DNA of 63,496 bases, filler included, from Pelomyxa schiedti (Eukaryota > Protista > Evosea), in assembly GCA_020536535.1 (NCBI GenBank). It is 7 parts of 7 records of this genome, joined end to end, with 100 filler letters (N's around TTAATTAATTAA, not from the genome) between each part and the next. Parts side by side here need not be neighbours in the genome. Positions count along the whole stretch, not along the records: positions 35,157 to 57,257 come from JAHLWZ010000755.1; positions 57,358 to 58,603 come from JAHLWZ010002654.1; positions 58,704 to 60,181 come from JAHLWZ010002481.1; positions 60,282 to 61,767 come from JAHLWZ010002472.1; positions 61,868 to 63,496 come from JAHLWZ010002372.1; 2 more parts are not named here. One strand, written 5' to 3'. The position numbers were made by a program, and so were the translations under genes. Within the stretch, counting starts at the first letter, position 1. Every line of letters begins with the position of its first letter. Shown piece after piece: positions 52,237 to 63,496 of the stretch. Below the pieces are notes generated by a model that did not search any database, was not told the origin of the DNA, and saw only the letters and a program-made list of their open reading frames with translations.

Positions 52237-53055
52237 TTATGTTCTTGATGGAGGAGATACCAGTATAACACCATCACCACGCACAAACAACATATCCAAT
52301 CTTCGTCTAACTTCCTATTTGTTTGTTAGTTTGTGCCGTTGTTGTTACTAAGTGAAGGCGGGTTGATACTTTTGTTGCCTCTTCTTCTGTTTCGGGGTCT
52401 ATTTCAGTGATCCTGGTTACTTCCTCTACTTCTCCAAGCACCATGTTCAAATGCTGGTCATAGGCCTGTGAAAATCCCCCGCACACAGAACATATTATCC
52501 GGTTAGTTGCAGGGGATATATGGAATAACAACGCACGTGCAATTTTCCTCTTAACTCTCTTCCGCCTCTCAACTTTACGAAAATTCTGTCATATTCCAAT
52601 CAGTTAGAAACAAACAACCCCCAAATGAGATTAAATATAACAAACCCAAAACAGAGACTATCAAACGAAACCAATGTCGTTCCACTAGTTTTCACCCCCG
52701 GCAGCATTTTATTACACACGCACGACAGGGGTGGTGGTGGTGATGCATGTGTTGCATTCTTATAATATATATATATATATAGCGTAATAGTAATAGTATA
52801 CCTCTCGTCGAGACTGAGCTTTATGAGGTCGAGCGGCTCCTCGACTTGGTCGACTCTCTTGGCATCCGTCAATATTTGCTGCTGCTGGACTGGGTCCATC
52901 ATCATCCCCGACGTGCCCGCCGTCGCCGCCGCGGAGGCCGACGACGATGCCATCATGAGCCCCGGCTGCCCGCCGCCCCCCGTAATCCCCATCATGGGAT
53001 TACCACCACCACCACCCCCCGTCGTACTCGCTGTTGCTTGTGGCCCCCCCGACAT
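52237..53055 (-). CDS. LSM3: U6 snRNA-associated Sm-like protein LSm3, 3 introns
   Basis: [57 protein letters not shown]. Confidence 0.95.
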
Positions 53056-53607
53056 AATAATACCACTAGTGCGTGTGCACGATGACTACGATGTTTGGGC
53101 ACGTTGTATTGTGTGTGGCTCAACAACAACAGGCGATGTGCCTTCCCTCCCAATACGTTCCCTTCTCTCCTGTAGCCTTCAAATGTCGTGGTCTCGGTAC
53201 CACTTTGCTGATGGAATGAACGAGATCTGAAACTCCTCCCCCCAACAGTACTGGGTCGGTCCCTTTGGGGGAAGCTTACACTATGGATCGCCAAGGATGG
53301 TTGGGGGGTGTATGGGTGTTGTTGGAAGGAGCCTAAGGATTCTGTTTCAGATTAATCATATTTCGTGAAATGCGGAGCTTCGCAAGTTGGGGTTGTTGGT
53401 TGATGGACGCTTCGAAGGTGGTTAACACTCCCTTATAAAGACCAATCCAGCTCTATCCCTCGTAATTTTGTAAAAAAACAAAAAGAAAAACCAACGCCAA
53501 CAACAAANNNNNNNNNNNNNNNNNNNNNNNNNNNNNNNNNNNNNNNNNNNNNNNNNNNNNNNNNNNNNNNNNNNNNNNNNNNNNNNNNNNNNNNNNNNNN
53601 NNNNNNN

Positions 53608-56600
53608 AACTTTGTCCAGGGGTCTAAACCAATTTGGGAATCCGGACCCAATCACAGGTTGCATTACGACCCAGCATGGTGCAAAGCAATTGTTGTTCAC
53701 GACCTGTGGAATCCAGATGGTATCACCCCGTACCCTGATTTTTCTCATTTCCAAAAGACAATTCTGAAAATGCTTTGCTTACTAGTGCTTTTACGAATGT
53801 GATATTTCGTAGGAAGCAGCATATTCCTCATTTCTTGCGGTGTGTTTGATATTTGACACAATTACATCCTATTCACCTTTTTTTCAAAGACCAAGTGCCC
53901 CAAACAAATGCATTCTCCGATTTCAAATAACTGCGCCACGCTGTCCAAGTGACAAACAGTTGTACATTGAAATCTCAGACCCAGTACTTGGAGTAACTCA
54001 CAGGAAAGAAATGTGCTTTGCGTATGTACCCTCACTATTTTTGCCACTTATCCCACCATGCTATTAGTCATTCCCCAATGTGGACATGTGAACTGGAAAT
54101 GAATCCATCTCAGAATTTAGCATTGGACTACCAAGTTGGAATCATTGACCCGAAAACAAAGAGTGTAAGTGATATACTCGAAACATTCCTTCTAACTTTC
54201 AATTCTAATAGGACTTCGTTTGTGCGACGGAAAAGAGAAGGCTACGGGTCAACCCAAAAGAGAATTCACTGATACTCTACGTACTACCGATGTTCCGGCC
54301 AGATTCTCCGTGGAAGGGATCTGGTATGTATCACCATTTATAGCAGGGCTTACGTTTTCTCAGGTGTAGCCATTCCTGTGTTCTCACTCCGAAGTCGAGA
54401 GTCAACAGGAGTTGGAGAATTTTTGGATTTGATCAAGTTCATTGATTGGGCTCGTAGTGTTGGATTTCAGTTGATACAACTGCTCCCGATCAACGATACT
54501 ATATGTAGATATATTAAGAGTGCAACACCTTTTCCCCTCAACACAATTTTGAAGCAAACAAGAAGTGGACTGATTCGTATCCCTACTCTTCTATTTCTGT
54601 GTCTACTTTTCCATTTTCACCGTAAGTACTAACTCACTTGTAGGTCCATGCACTGAATCCCATTTTCCTCAACCTTCAAAATATGGGATCTTTGGATGAC
54701 AGTTTAAAAATGAAGCGATTTGCAGAATTACGGGAGTAAATATACACGCCCTCTCTCATCTTTTTTGATCCCTATGGAGGCATTTGAATGGATTCGAATT
54801 TGTGAACTGGGATCAAGTAATGCACGCAAAACTGACCTATGCGAGGCTGCTTTTCAATCAACTGGTTGACTTGACACTTCTTTTCAGCTAACATCCTTTC
54901 AGGGTTATCGTGCACTTTCGAAATCAAAGGAGTTCCAGGAGTTTTTCGTGACTAATAAATTCTGGCTTACTCCTTATGCTGCGTTCTCTTGTTTGAGGGA
55001 CAGGTTTATCAATCACTTCCTTGCACAAAATAACGGAAATAATAGGTTCGGGACAGCAGAATTTAGCTTGTGGCCAGAATTTCATACATACAACGAAGAA
55101 GAAATATCTCGGTTCTCAGATGACCCAAGGAATTCTACAGAAGTGTCGTTTTATTACTTCCTTCAATATCATCTCCATCGTCAAATGCAGTATGTTGCGG
55201 ATTACGCAAGGCACTCAGGTTTTCCCCTCTTCAAAATTTCGTTGTGATATGACAGACCACAGGTGTGGTTCTGAAAGGAGATCTTCCAATTGGCGTGAGT
55301 CGCAACAGTGTCGATGCTTGGACAGAGCCCCAATACTTCAACATGAACTATGCAACTGGTAGAAATCATGTAATTACCCCTTACTGACAACGGTGCCATT
55401 ATTGCACCTGTTGTGCAGGTGCTCCCCCCGATTTCTTTGCACCAAATGGACAGAATTGGGCCTTCCCGACTTACAACTGGGAAAGGATGAGGGAAGATGG
55501 ATTCATTTGGTGGAAGAGGAGATTGGCCTCCATGGTTCTTATTCTCTTTCTTCCACTTGAACTGACTTTCTTCAAGGAGAAGTACTTTGACGCCTTTAGG
55601 ATTGATCACATCCTTGGTTTCTTTCGCGTAAAAATTCGTACATTCATCTGATAATAGCTAAACGTAAAATGAGATATGGGAAATTCCTGCTCATGCAGTG
55701 ACTGGGATGCTGGGCCAATTTACTCCCACCATCCCCCTTCATGCCAATGAGCTCCGCGCATCCGGGCTCCATTTGGATTGTGAGAGACTTTGCCGGCCGT
55801 GAGTATTACTTTGAGGCTATTTCTTCCTATAACCACAATACAAATCCAGTTACATTCGTGAGCATTTCCTTGGGGAACATGTGGGAAATGAAAATGTGCC
55901 ATACGTTAAACAGACTTTCCTTGTGCAAACAGCTCCTGGCTGCTATTCCTTCAAGCCCGAATTCGAGTTTGTTTCCCCCACTCAACGCCAACTAACTTCA
56001 AATCTACCAGCACTCAGAGGAAAGTAAAGGACTTCTGTGACATTCAGAAAGTGCTCCGGCCTCAAGAAATTGAAAAAATTAACCAGATTATGAATGGACT
56101 CTTCATACTGTCTGAGCAGGTAAGGAAAAGTCAAATCAAATCGTCCTTGTGATGTTATCAAAGGTTTGCTTGCTCGAACGCCCTGGATCAAACCAAACTG
56201 AATTTTCTCCGCGCTATGCTCTCCGCCAGTATGTGTCACCTGGAACCTTTTTTTTTACATTGACTTTTCTCCAGATCTTCCAATCGTCAGCCACCCAACA
56301 GATCTTTCTTGGAGCTGGACTGGAACCAGCAGAGGATTTTGGAACACCTTTCTACCCACTACTTCTATCACAGACAGCACGACCACTGGGCCGAGAAAGC
56401 TGCCATTAAGTTGCCGCCGCTGAAGGCTGCCACACGTATGGCTCCCCTCGCTGATTGATACGCAAACCAACAAACACAAAGGGATGCTTATCTGTGGGGA
56501 AGACTTGGGGGACCACGTACCAGCGGTTGTTGGGAAACAGATGAGAGCTCTGGATATGCTATCCCTGAGCATCGAGAGAATGCCGAAGAACCAAGAAGCT

Positions 56601-57206
56601 ACCTTTGCCAACCCCGACGAGGTTCCTTACCTGTCTGTTGTTTCCACTTCCTCGCATGATGTGCCAACGCTCCGCGGTTGGTTCCGCTCTGAAATGGCCA
56701 CTGGTTCCCGGACTCTTCGAGACATATGGAAACACATGGTACACTTTCTTCTTCCCGCTATCCACTCCATTCCATTTAATGTTGAACCAGAAAGAATGCC
56801 ATCATGTAACCGAGGAATTGGAAGGGAGTGACATGAGTGCAATCATTGCGGAGCGGTTCATCAGTCACCACCTTGCCTCACCAGCAATGTGGGCCATATT
56901 CCCGCTTCAGGTTCGCTCAACTTTCCATTAACCAACAAACATTATAATTATCTATTTATTAACACCAAAAAAAAAAAAAACCCAACTGATTATCCAAAAA
57001 AGGACATTCTGGCCCTGGATGAAACAATCAGGCTTGCCGACCCGGACATGGAGCAGATCAACAACCCCCCAAACCCAAACCACATGTGGAGATTCCGCTT
57101 CCACATCGCTACTGACGACCTCCTCTGTGCCTCTGCACTCAACAACAAACTCATGGGACTGTCCCTCAACAACAGGAACACCTATCAACACAACAACCAT
57201 CACTGA
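53608..57206 (+). CDS. DPE2: 4-alpha-glucanotransferase (GH77, DPE2-type with CBM20-like N-terminus); 5' end lies upstream of the gap and is unresolved
   Basis: GVAIPVFSLRS, QLLPINDT, DSYPYSSIS, LKGDLPIGV, GAPPDFF..GQNW.FPTYNW, RIDHILGFFRIWEIP, CGEDLG, SSHD, WRFR. Confidence 0.93.
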
Positions 57207-57357
57207 CCTTTGTTCCTCCCACCCTCATAAGAAAAATTACCTTCTCTGGAAAAAAAANNNNNNNNNNNNNNNNNNNNNNNNNNNNNNNNNNNNNNNNNNN
57301 NTTAATTAATTAANNNNNNNNNNNNNNNNNNNNNNNNNNNNNNNNNNNNNNNNNNNN

Positions 57358-58603
57358 TCACATCTTCCCACAAGGTTGGTTGGTCTTCACTGAAATGTGA
57401 AATGCAGATTTTCCATCGAATGAAAATAAAAGGGACACAATATTTCGGCTGGGGAAGAACTGCGTGAGAAGAAGAAGTCTTGGGTTGAGACCTTTCTGTT
57501 GAAAGTCTCCAAGTTGCAGGCTGATTTAAGATCATGTGAAAGCTCCATTATATCGAATCTCTCCTATGTAGACAAGGTTTCTTTTCTTCTATGGCTTTCT
57601 GAAACTTATCAAAACAACAAGATTCACAGTGAGTTTGAGGAAAAAGTTTACCGGGAATTCAATGAGATGATTTCAAGACTGCAAAAAAGGCAAGACGAAT
57701 TATTGTTAATGTCTCGGGAAATTGCGTCATCAAAGAGTAGTAATCTGACTCTCAGTTCACTTGTTTTAACCTTTTTACACAGCATCCGTTTTGTCAAGGC
57801 AGTTGGGAAGAATCTCAGCCGGACTCATGCACATTGAGAAGTACAAATCCAAGTTTGAAGCAATCTTGAAGACCGGTGATCCCCTCATAATTATCGAGTC
57901 CAGTGAGTCGATCCCTGGGGTACTGAGGGTAAGAACTCTTCTATGAAATTACCTTGATACCCAAGAAAGCCAGCAAATTGAATGCAAACCGGAGCACCTG
58001 ACGCCGTGTGTCAGTGCAACTTTGAGTTGTTGCACTGCTGACATTGAACCCCTCAAGGAAAAGATCCCTGATCTCTGTTTCCTCTTTCCCAGTTTGTTAG
58101 TTACACTTCACTCTTTCTGCCACACAAACAACCAAACAAAAACAGAACCACTTCTTGAAAGTGTCAAGACAGGGAGGGCAGAGGCAACAGAAGGCTGTTT
58201 GGTGACACTGTGTGGAAGGTGGCCAGAAACAGCAGTGAACCAAGACATTCGAGTGGGAGTTGGTGAATCAGAGTGCACAAACGTGAACATTGTCACTCCT
58301 GGCTCGGTTCTCACTTTCACTGCTCCACAACATGGTGTAGGATGTGACCTCCCTGTGTCACTCTTTGTGTTTGGTGTCCCTGCTGACAGGCCAAATGACA
58401 CCAAGTTCTCATTCCCAAGTCTGTATGACTCTTCACAAGAAACATACTCACAACGGGCAGGACCAGTGATTCAGAATCTTACTCTACAAGGTAGGAAGGC
58501 AACAATCGCAGGTCGTGGGTTTGGAACCTCACCCCATGGGGTCACTGTTTCAGTCAATGGTCTGCCCTCTTATTTTTTTTGTGATCCTTCCACTCCACAC
58601 AGG
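57358..58603 (+). CDS. Internal fragment: probable B-box end, coiled coil, IPT/TIG domains (TRIM-like)
   Basis: KGHNI followed by VYREFNEMISRLQKRQDELL; IPT-like GCLVTLCGRW..VGVGESECTNV..LTFTAP and TIAGRGFG..VTVSVNG. Confidence 0.65.
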
Positions 58604-58703
58604 NNNNNNNNNNNNNNNNNNNNNNNNNNNNNNNNNNNNNNNNNNNNTTAATTAATTAANNNNNNNNNNNNNNNNNNNNNNNNNNNNNNNNNNNNNNNNN
58701 NNN

Positions 58704-60181
58704 GCGCAACAACAATGAAGCAGCTTCACAATCACACTGAACGGAATTCGGTCTCTCTCTGGATGATTTTTAGTTTAAGCTTGGGAGTGACACACACCAA
58801 TGATGGAAAGGCATGAATTGACAACAAGGAAAATGAGGTCCAGCACTGCCGGTGTTTGAACTTGGGCAAGTGCATCTGGGGAGTGTGTGCGACGGTTCAC
58901 AACATCAAGGCAAGCATTCCTCCTGCTGAGGCAGTGTGCAACTGTTGATTCACTTGATTCCCTGCACAGTTTTTGCACCTCTTTTTTCATTGGTTAGTTT
59001 TCACGGGTGTGACTGGAGTCAATCAACCTTCAATATCTGGAGCTGAAAGGTGCTTCATTTGGTCCTCCATGAAAGTGACTTGAGATCGGAGAGGGAGCTT
59101 GTCAAAGGTTGAGTTCACAATGTCACAGTTGATCATCTCTGTCAGAAGAACACCAAATCCCCACATGTCCCCTGAGAGATTTTGTTGGAGCACAGAGATT
59201 GAACAACACCAAACAGCAACCTTTAATTGCGTAGTGATTCGTGTACATCTGTGGGGCCATGTGAATTGGAGTTCCAGGGCCAATGGTTTTATCTCCACTA
59301 CTCCTTGCCAGTGTGTTCATTCCACGGGACCCACCTGTTTGTCAAAACCGATGATAAGCACAAAACCTCTACCAAAAGTTCACACACCAAAGTCACAAAT
59401 CTTTGGGGTTCCATTGGAGTCAAAGAGTACATTGTTGCTGCTCAAGTCTCGGTGCATTATATTTTGCCTGTTTTGAGTGAGTGAAGGAGACAGCACACAA
59501 AAGTTTATAAACCACACACAAACCTGTGAAGACTGTCCATTCCCTTTGAAACTCCAAGGGCAATGGCTGTCACTTCTCTGAAACTGAGCTGCCTCTTTGA
59601 AGGATCACATCTGATTTGTTCCAGAAGTTGCCTGAGACTGCAACACATGAGCTCAGAAACAATCTGAAAGTGCCCAGATCCACCAGATCCAACGCAGATC
59701 CCAAGGCACCTCACAATGTTGGGATGCCTCAGCCCCCTGGTGATCTGAAGATTATTTAGGGTTTATTTTTCCTTGTTGAAAACGAAAACCTCAGCTTCCC
59801 GCTTGAATTTTGCGATGTTGTGATCTGATGCAATAACCTCAAAAAGTTTCTTCACAGCAACTTGTCTTGATGATGGAGCATGAAGGCACCTGTAAACAGT
59901 TCCATAACACCCACTTCCCAATGTGGAAATGTGGCTCAGCTCAGACTCTTTTATTTCCATCACAGGTTTCATTCTCACCTTGAACTGTGCAACTGATGCT
60001 GTGGTTGTGCACCCCTCTTCCTTTCCTTTTTTTGGTTTGGATTGGCATTCAAAGCAGAAACAAACAGCAAACCTGATGATGTTGCTTGCGAGAGAAGAAC
60101 CTGAGACAGAGTTGATGAAGTGTCAGAGAGTGACAATTCCTGTTGTCCAACTACAAGGGATACAACCTGCTGACTTTCATC
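58704..60181 (-). CDS. TKL-group protein kinase fragment
   Basis: LGSGCYGTVY, VAVKKL, HPNIV, HRDLSSNNVL, ICDFG, GTPIHMAPQ, GDMWGFG, subdomain XI Arg. Confidence 0.9.
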
Positions 60182-60281
60182 NNNNNNNNNNNNNNNNNNN
60201 NNNNNNNNNNNNNNNNNNNNNNNNNTTAATTAATTAANNNNNNNNNNNNNNNNNNNNNNNNNNNNNNNNNNNNNNNNNNNN

Positions 60282-60624
60282 GGGGCATCCTTCTGATGAG
60301 GTCTCACAGTCAATTGCAGAGGCTATTGTGACAGTGGCTGAGGGGCATACTCCCTCTGAGGATATGTTGAAGAATCCACTTTTGCTCAAGCTAGTGGCCA
60401 CTCCTCCTGCCACAATCTGTGCTTTCTTTAACAACTGGAGTCCAACTTCTGTTTGGAAGCTTGAACTCAAGCTCTGGTACACACAGCAGAAAATAACTGA
60501 GGCTTCCTTGACAACTTTCGTTGGTACATGTGCTGGAGTCAACCTCACACAACACAGATTGTTGAGGGTATGTTTAATAGATATGACCATTCTAGAAGAA
60601 GCAGTTGTAATGCACATCATTTAA
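60282..60624 (+). CDS. Possible 3' end of an unknown gene
   Basis: Open frame from the scaffold edge to a stop; strand ambiguous, no motif. Confidence 0.25.
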
Positions 60625-61045
60625 CCATAGAAGCTTAAACACCAAGTGAATGTAATGTAGTGGAACACTTCCAACTGACTGAAGGTGTTTTCTGCTGCTT
60701 CTCATTGGACATACAATCAGCTGAAAGTGGCTGAAAAGAATCTGATCTTTCATTCCATGTAAATGTACAGTCTAAAAGCCAAGAGAAGTCGGTCCGATTT
60801 AACAGATTTCGCAGAACGGTACAATCTGTTGGGTGGTGTCAAAAAAAACGGAAATTGGATGAGGTGGTGTTGTGAGTGTATTCAACCACAAAGCTTATTT
60901 AAATAAAACAGTACTTGTCCCTTTCTATACGGCTATCAGCAGTTCAACAAACAAAAAAAGCACCACTTCATCATACTCTCCAACTCTTTTGTGTGTCAAA
61001 GACAAATGGTAATGCTACCTCGTTTGTGGCTCACACAAATGGTGA

Positions 61046-61420
61046 TGTCAACTTTTAGGATTTATTTGCAAATACTAGTAGCTTCCAACCCGATGCTTCT
61101 TGGGATCTTATGTTTACTGCTGCAGCCCCGCCTTCATTGATGTCACAGACTCAACAAGGCCCCCTGTCAGTTTCCGCTGTTGCAATACCTTCACAGCAGC
61201 AGTACACAACAGCTGCAGCTGTACCACCACCAATGTTACCTCCTCCACAACAAATGTACCCATCAATGGGAATGTCTTACATCCAACAGCCAGGGGATTT
61301 ATACACACAAATTGTATATATGGTCCCGATTCTGTTTGACTTTTTAACACTCTAGCAGGCCCTGCAGCAGCAGAGGATCCAGGAACTATCCATAAGAAAT
61401 GAACTATTATTGCAGCAGCG

Positions 61421-61454
<34 letters not shown>

Positions 61455-61767
61455 CAGCAACAACAACAACAGCAACCCAACACACAGAGCAGCACTTGAG
61501 TGAGGGGAAGGAGAAAGTCAACATCAAAGGGTGGGGGGACAGGGACAGAGAGGGGGAGGGGTAGAGGAAGGAGGGGAAGGGGAAGGGGTACAAGAGGCCA
61601 AGGGGGTGAAGATATAAACTCGACTTCAATCACAACATCAACTTCACAATCGAGCCTGGCTCAGGACTCCTCAGCGCTGCAGGGAGTGGCATCCAGACCA
61701 CCAGCTCCTCAGTTACCTTTGGATGCCACTCCAAGCCCATTACCATTACCAACATCACCTCCAGTAC
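61046..61767 (+). CDS. Gln/Pro-rich low-complexity protein, 5' fragment
   Basis: CAG/CAA runs at 61420-61475, RGRG tract and plausible GT-AG introns; truncated by the linker. Confidence 0.45.
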
Positions 61768-61867
61768 NNNNNNNNNNNNNNNNNNNNNNNNNNNNNNNNN
61801 NNNNNNNNNNNTTAATTAATTAANNNNNNNNNNNNNNNNNNNNNNNNNNNNNNNNNNNNNNNNNNNN

Positions 61868-63496
61868 GAGACTTATTTGTCAGAGGGTTCGCCATTCATC
61901 ATGCTGGTATGCTGCGGTCTGATAGGTTACTGGTGGAGAAACTCTTTGGTCAGGGTCTATGCAAGGTTTTACTTCGAAGCCTGCATTGTAGTACTAACGT
62001 TCCTGGGGCCTAGGTTCTTGTGTGCACAGCCACTTTAGCATGGGGAATAAACTTACCTGCGCACACGGTTATCATCCGTGGCACCCAAATTTATAATGCT
62101 GAAAAGGGTGGCTTTGTTGATTTAGGGATGTTGGATGTCATGCAAATCTTTGGGTATGCAGGATACACTTGCATTGAACTATGAAGCCAATGTAACTCAA
62201 ACTCACAACGATTCTAGTCGTGCAGGTCGACCACAGTTTGATAAGAGTGGGGAAGGCATCATTATTACATCACATGAAAATTTGGACCACTATCTCGCCT
62301 TGTTGAGTCATCAGCTCCCAATTGAGAGCCAGTTCACTAAGTGCGAATTTAAATAATCTCAAAAACGCCAAATACTGATTATTTTTAGGCGTCTGGCTGA
62401 TCACCTTAATGCCGAAATTGTTCTGGGAACAGTGACTAATGTGCGTGAGGCTGTTACTTGGCTAAGCTACACCTATATGTACATAAGAATGCTGAAAAAT
62501 CCATTGGTTTATGGGATTTCCTATGAAGAAAAGGTGGGAAGTCCCTTCTCTTTTTTGAAAGGAGGAAATCTCTGATAATAAGGACACAGATGCTGGACCC
62601 CAATTTAGAAAAAGCTCGAAGAGAATTAATTGACAAAGCCGCACGGAGCCTTGACATATCACAAATGATACGGTATACCTCCAAACTCCTTTATTCTGGT
62701 CATTTTTTTTTTGTAGATTCAATGAAATGTCTGGAACGCTAGCAGCAACTAGTCTAGGCCGAGTGGCAAGCCATTACTACATTCAAAATGAGTCAATGTC
62801 AATGTACGTTACCCCTTTTGGTTGTCACATTAGCTTGTGTAAAGCACGTTAAGTTCTTAATGAATTATTAGATTCGGTACAGATATGCAGCAGAATGTGC
62901 AGGAGGCAGACATTGTGGGCATTATATGCCAGTCGTCAGAATTTCAGAATATAAAGGTATTCCTGTGTTTCTAATCGATTAGGTTGCCTTAGACTCTATA
63001 GGTTAGAGAAGAAGAAATGACGGAGTTGGATATGCTTCGTGCACGATGCACCGTCCCTTTCCGCCAGGGAATGGATCAACAGGCCACAAAAATAAGTACC
63101 CAAGAAGAGACTGAAAACAACATTTCTAATTTCGCCAGACATTCTATTCCAGTCATTTATTTCCAAAGTACCACTGGATAGCTTTACGTTGATTTCCGAT
63201 TGTGCGTATATAGCACAAAATGCCTCAAGGTTAATTTGTAATCATATTCCTTCTCTAACACCTCTTAAAGAATTCTGCGTGGTCTGTTTGAGATGGTCCA
63301 TAAGCGTGGCTGGAGCACAACTGCACTCAAGCTTCTTACATTATGTAAGATGGCAGATAGGCAGTTGTCTGATTCCAGTCACGAGCTTACCCAATTTAAT
63401 TTGCTTCCAGTAGAAATTTTACGTAAACTTGAGGCAAAAAACGTGAGCCATGTCTTTGTTTCTGCTTTGCTTTTCCTCAAAATCCTAGTTGTGGCT
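61868..63496 (+). CDS. ASCC3: ASCC3/Slh1 Ski2-like helicase, internal fragment
   Basis: [75 protein letters not shown]. The LRxDR, DVMQIFG and PQFD variants fit ASCC3 better than Brr2. Confidence 0.88.

Noticed and set aside
57358-60181. TRIM-IPT fragment and kinase as one locus
   Set aside because: Separated by an artificial linker, so adjacency carries no information.
61868-63496. Brr2/SNRNP200 assignment
   Set aside because: Diagnostic residues match ASCC3/Slh1 better.

Overview
Gene-dense, intron-rich eukaryotic (protist) genomic DNA, not prokaryotic. Introns are mostly 40-60 nt GT-AG, which is why the ORF track is fragmented; all gene models below were spliced by eye. The window joins 7 unrelated scaffolds (1-28083, 28184-35056, 35157-57257, 57358-58603, 58704-60181, 60282-61767, 61868-63496) with artificial N/TTAATTAATTAA/N linkers, and has six internal 100-N gaps, most with duplicated flanks. 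Gene content and style suggest a phagotrophic amoebozoan, possibly Pelomyxa-like (low-confidence inference). Recognisable genes: two tandem cathepsin-L-like proteases, a secreted beta-lactamase-fold hydrolase, a Stealth-family phosphotransferase, a prokaryote-type LeuC-LeuD fusion, two RhoGEFs, an RPP38/Pop3-like L7Ae protein, an F-box-like protein, a vWA protein, POLA2, a GNAT, LSm3, DPE2-type 4-alpha-glucanotransferase, a TKL kinase and ASCC3. Best leads: (1) four TRIM-like (RING/B-box/coiled-coil) genes with different C-terminal modules, including a RING-B-box-CC-Sel1 pair; (2) a secreted plant-type LRR protein with exactly one repeat per 72-nt exon; (3) an apparently catalytically dead phospholipase C fused to a PP2C-like phosphatase; (4) purine-rich 3' splice sites with AAG and GAG acceptors; (5) a compact lysosomal/bacteriolytic gene cluster.
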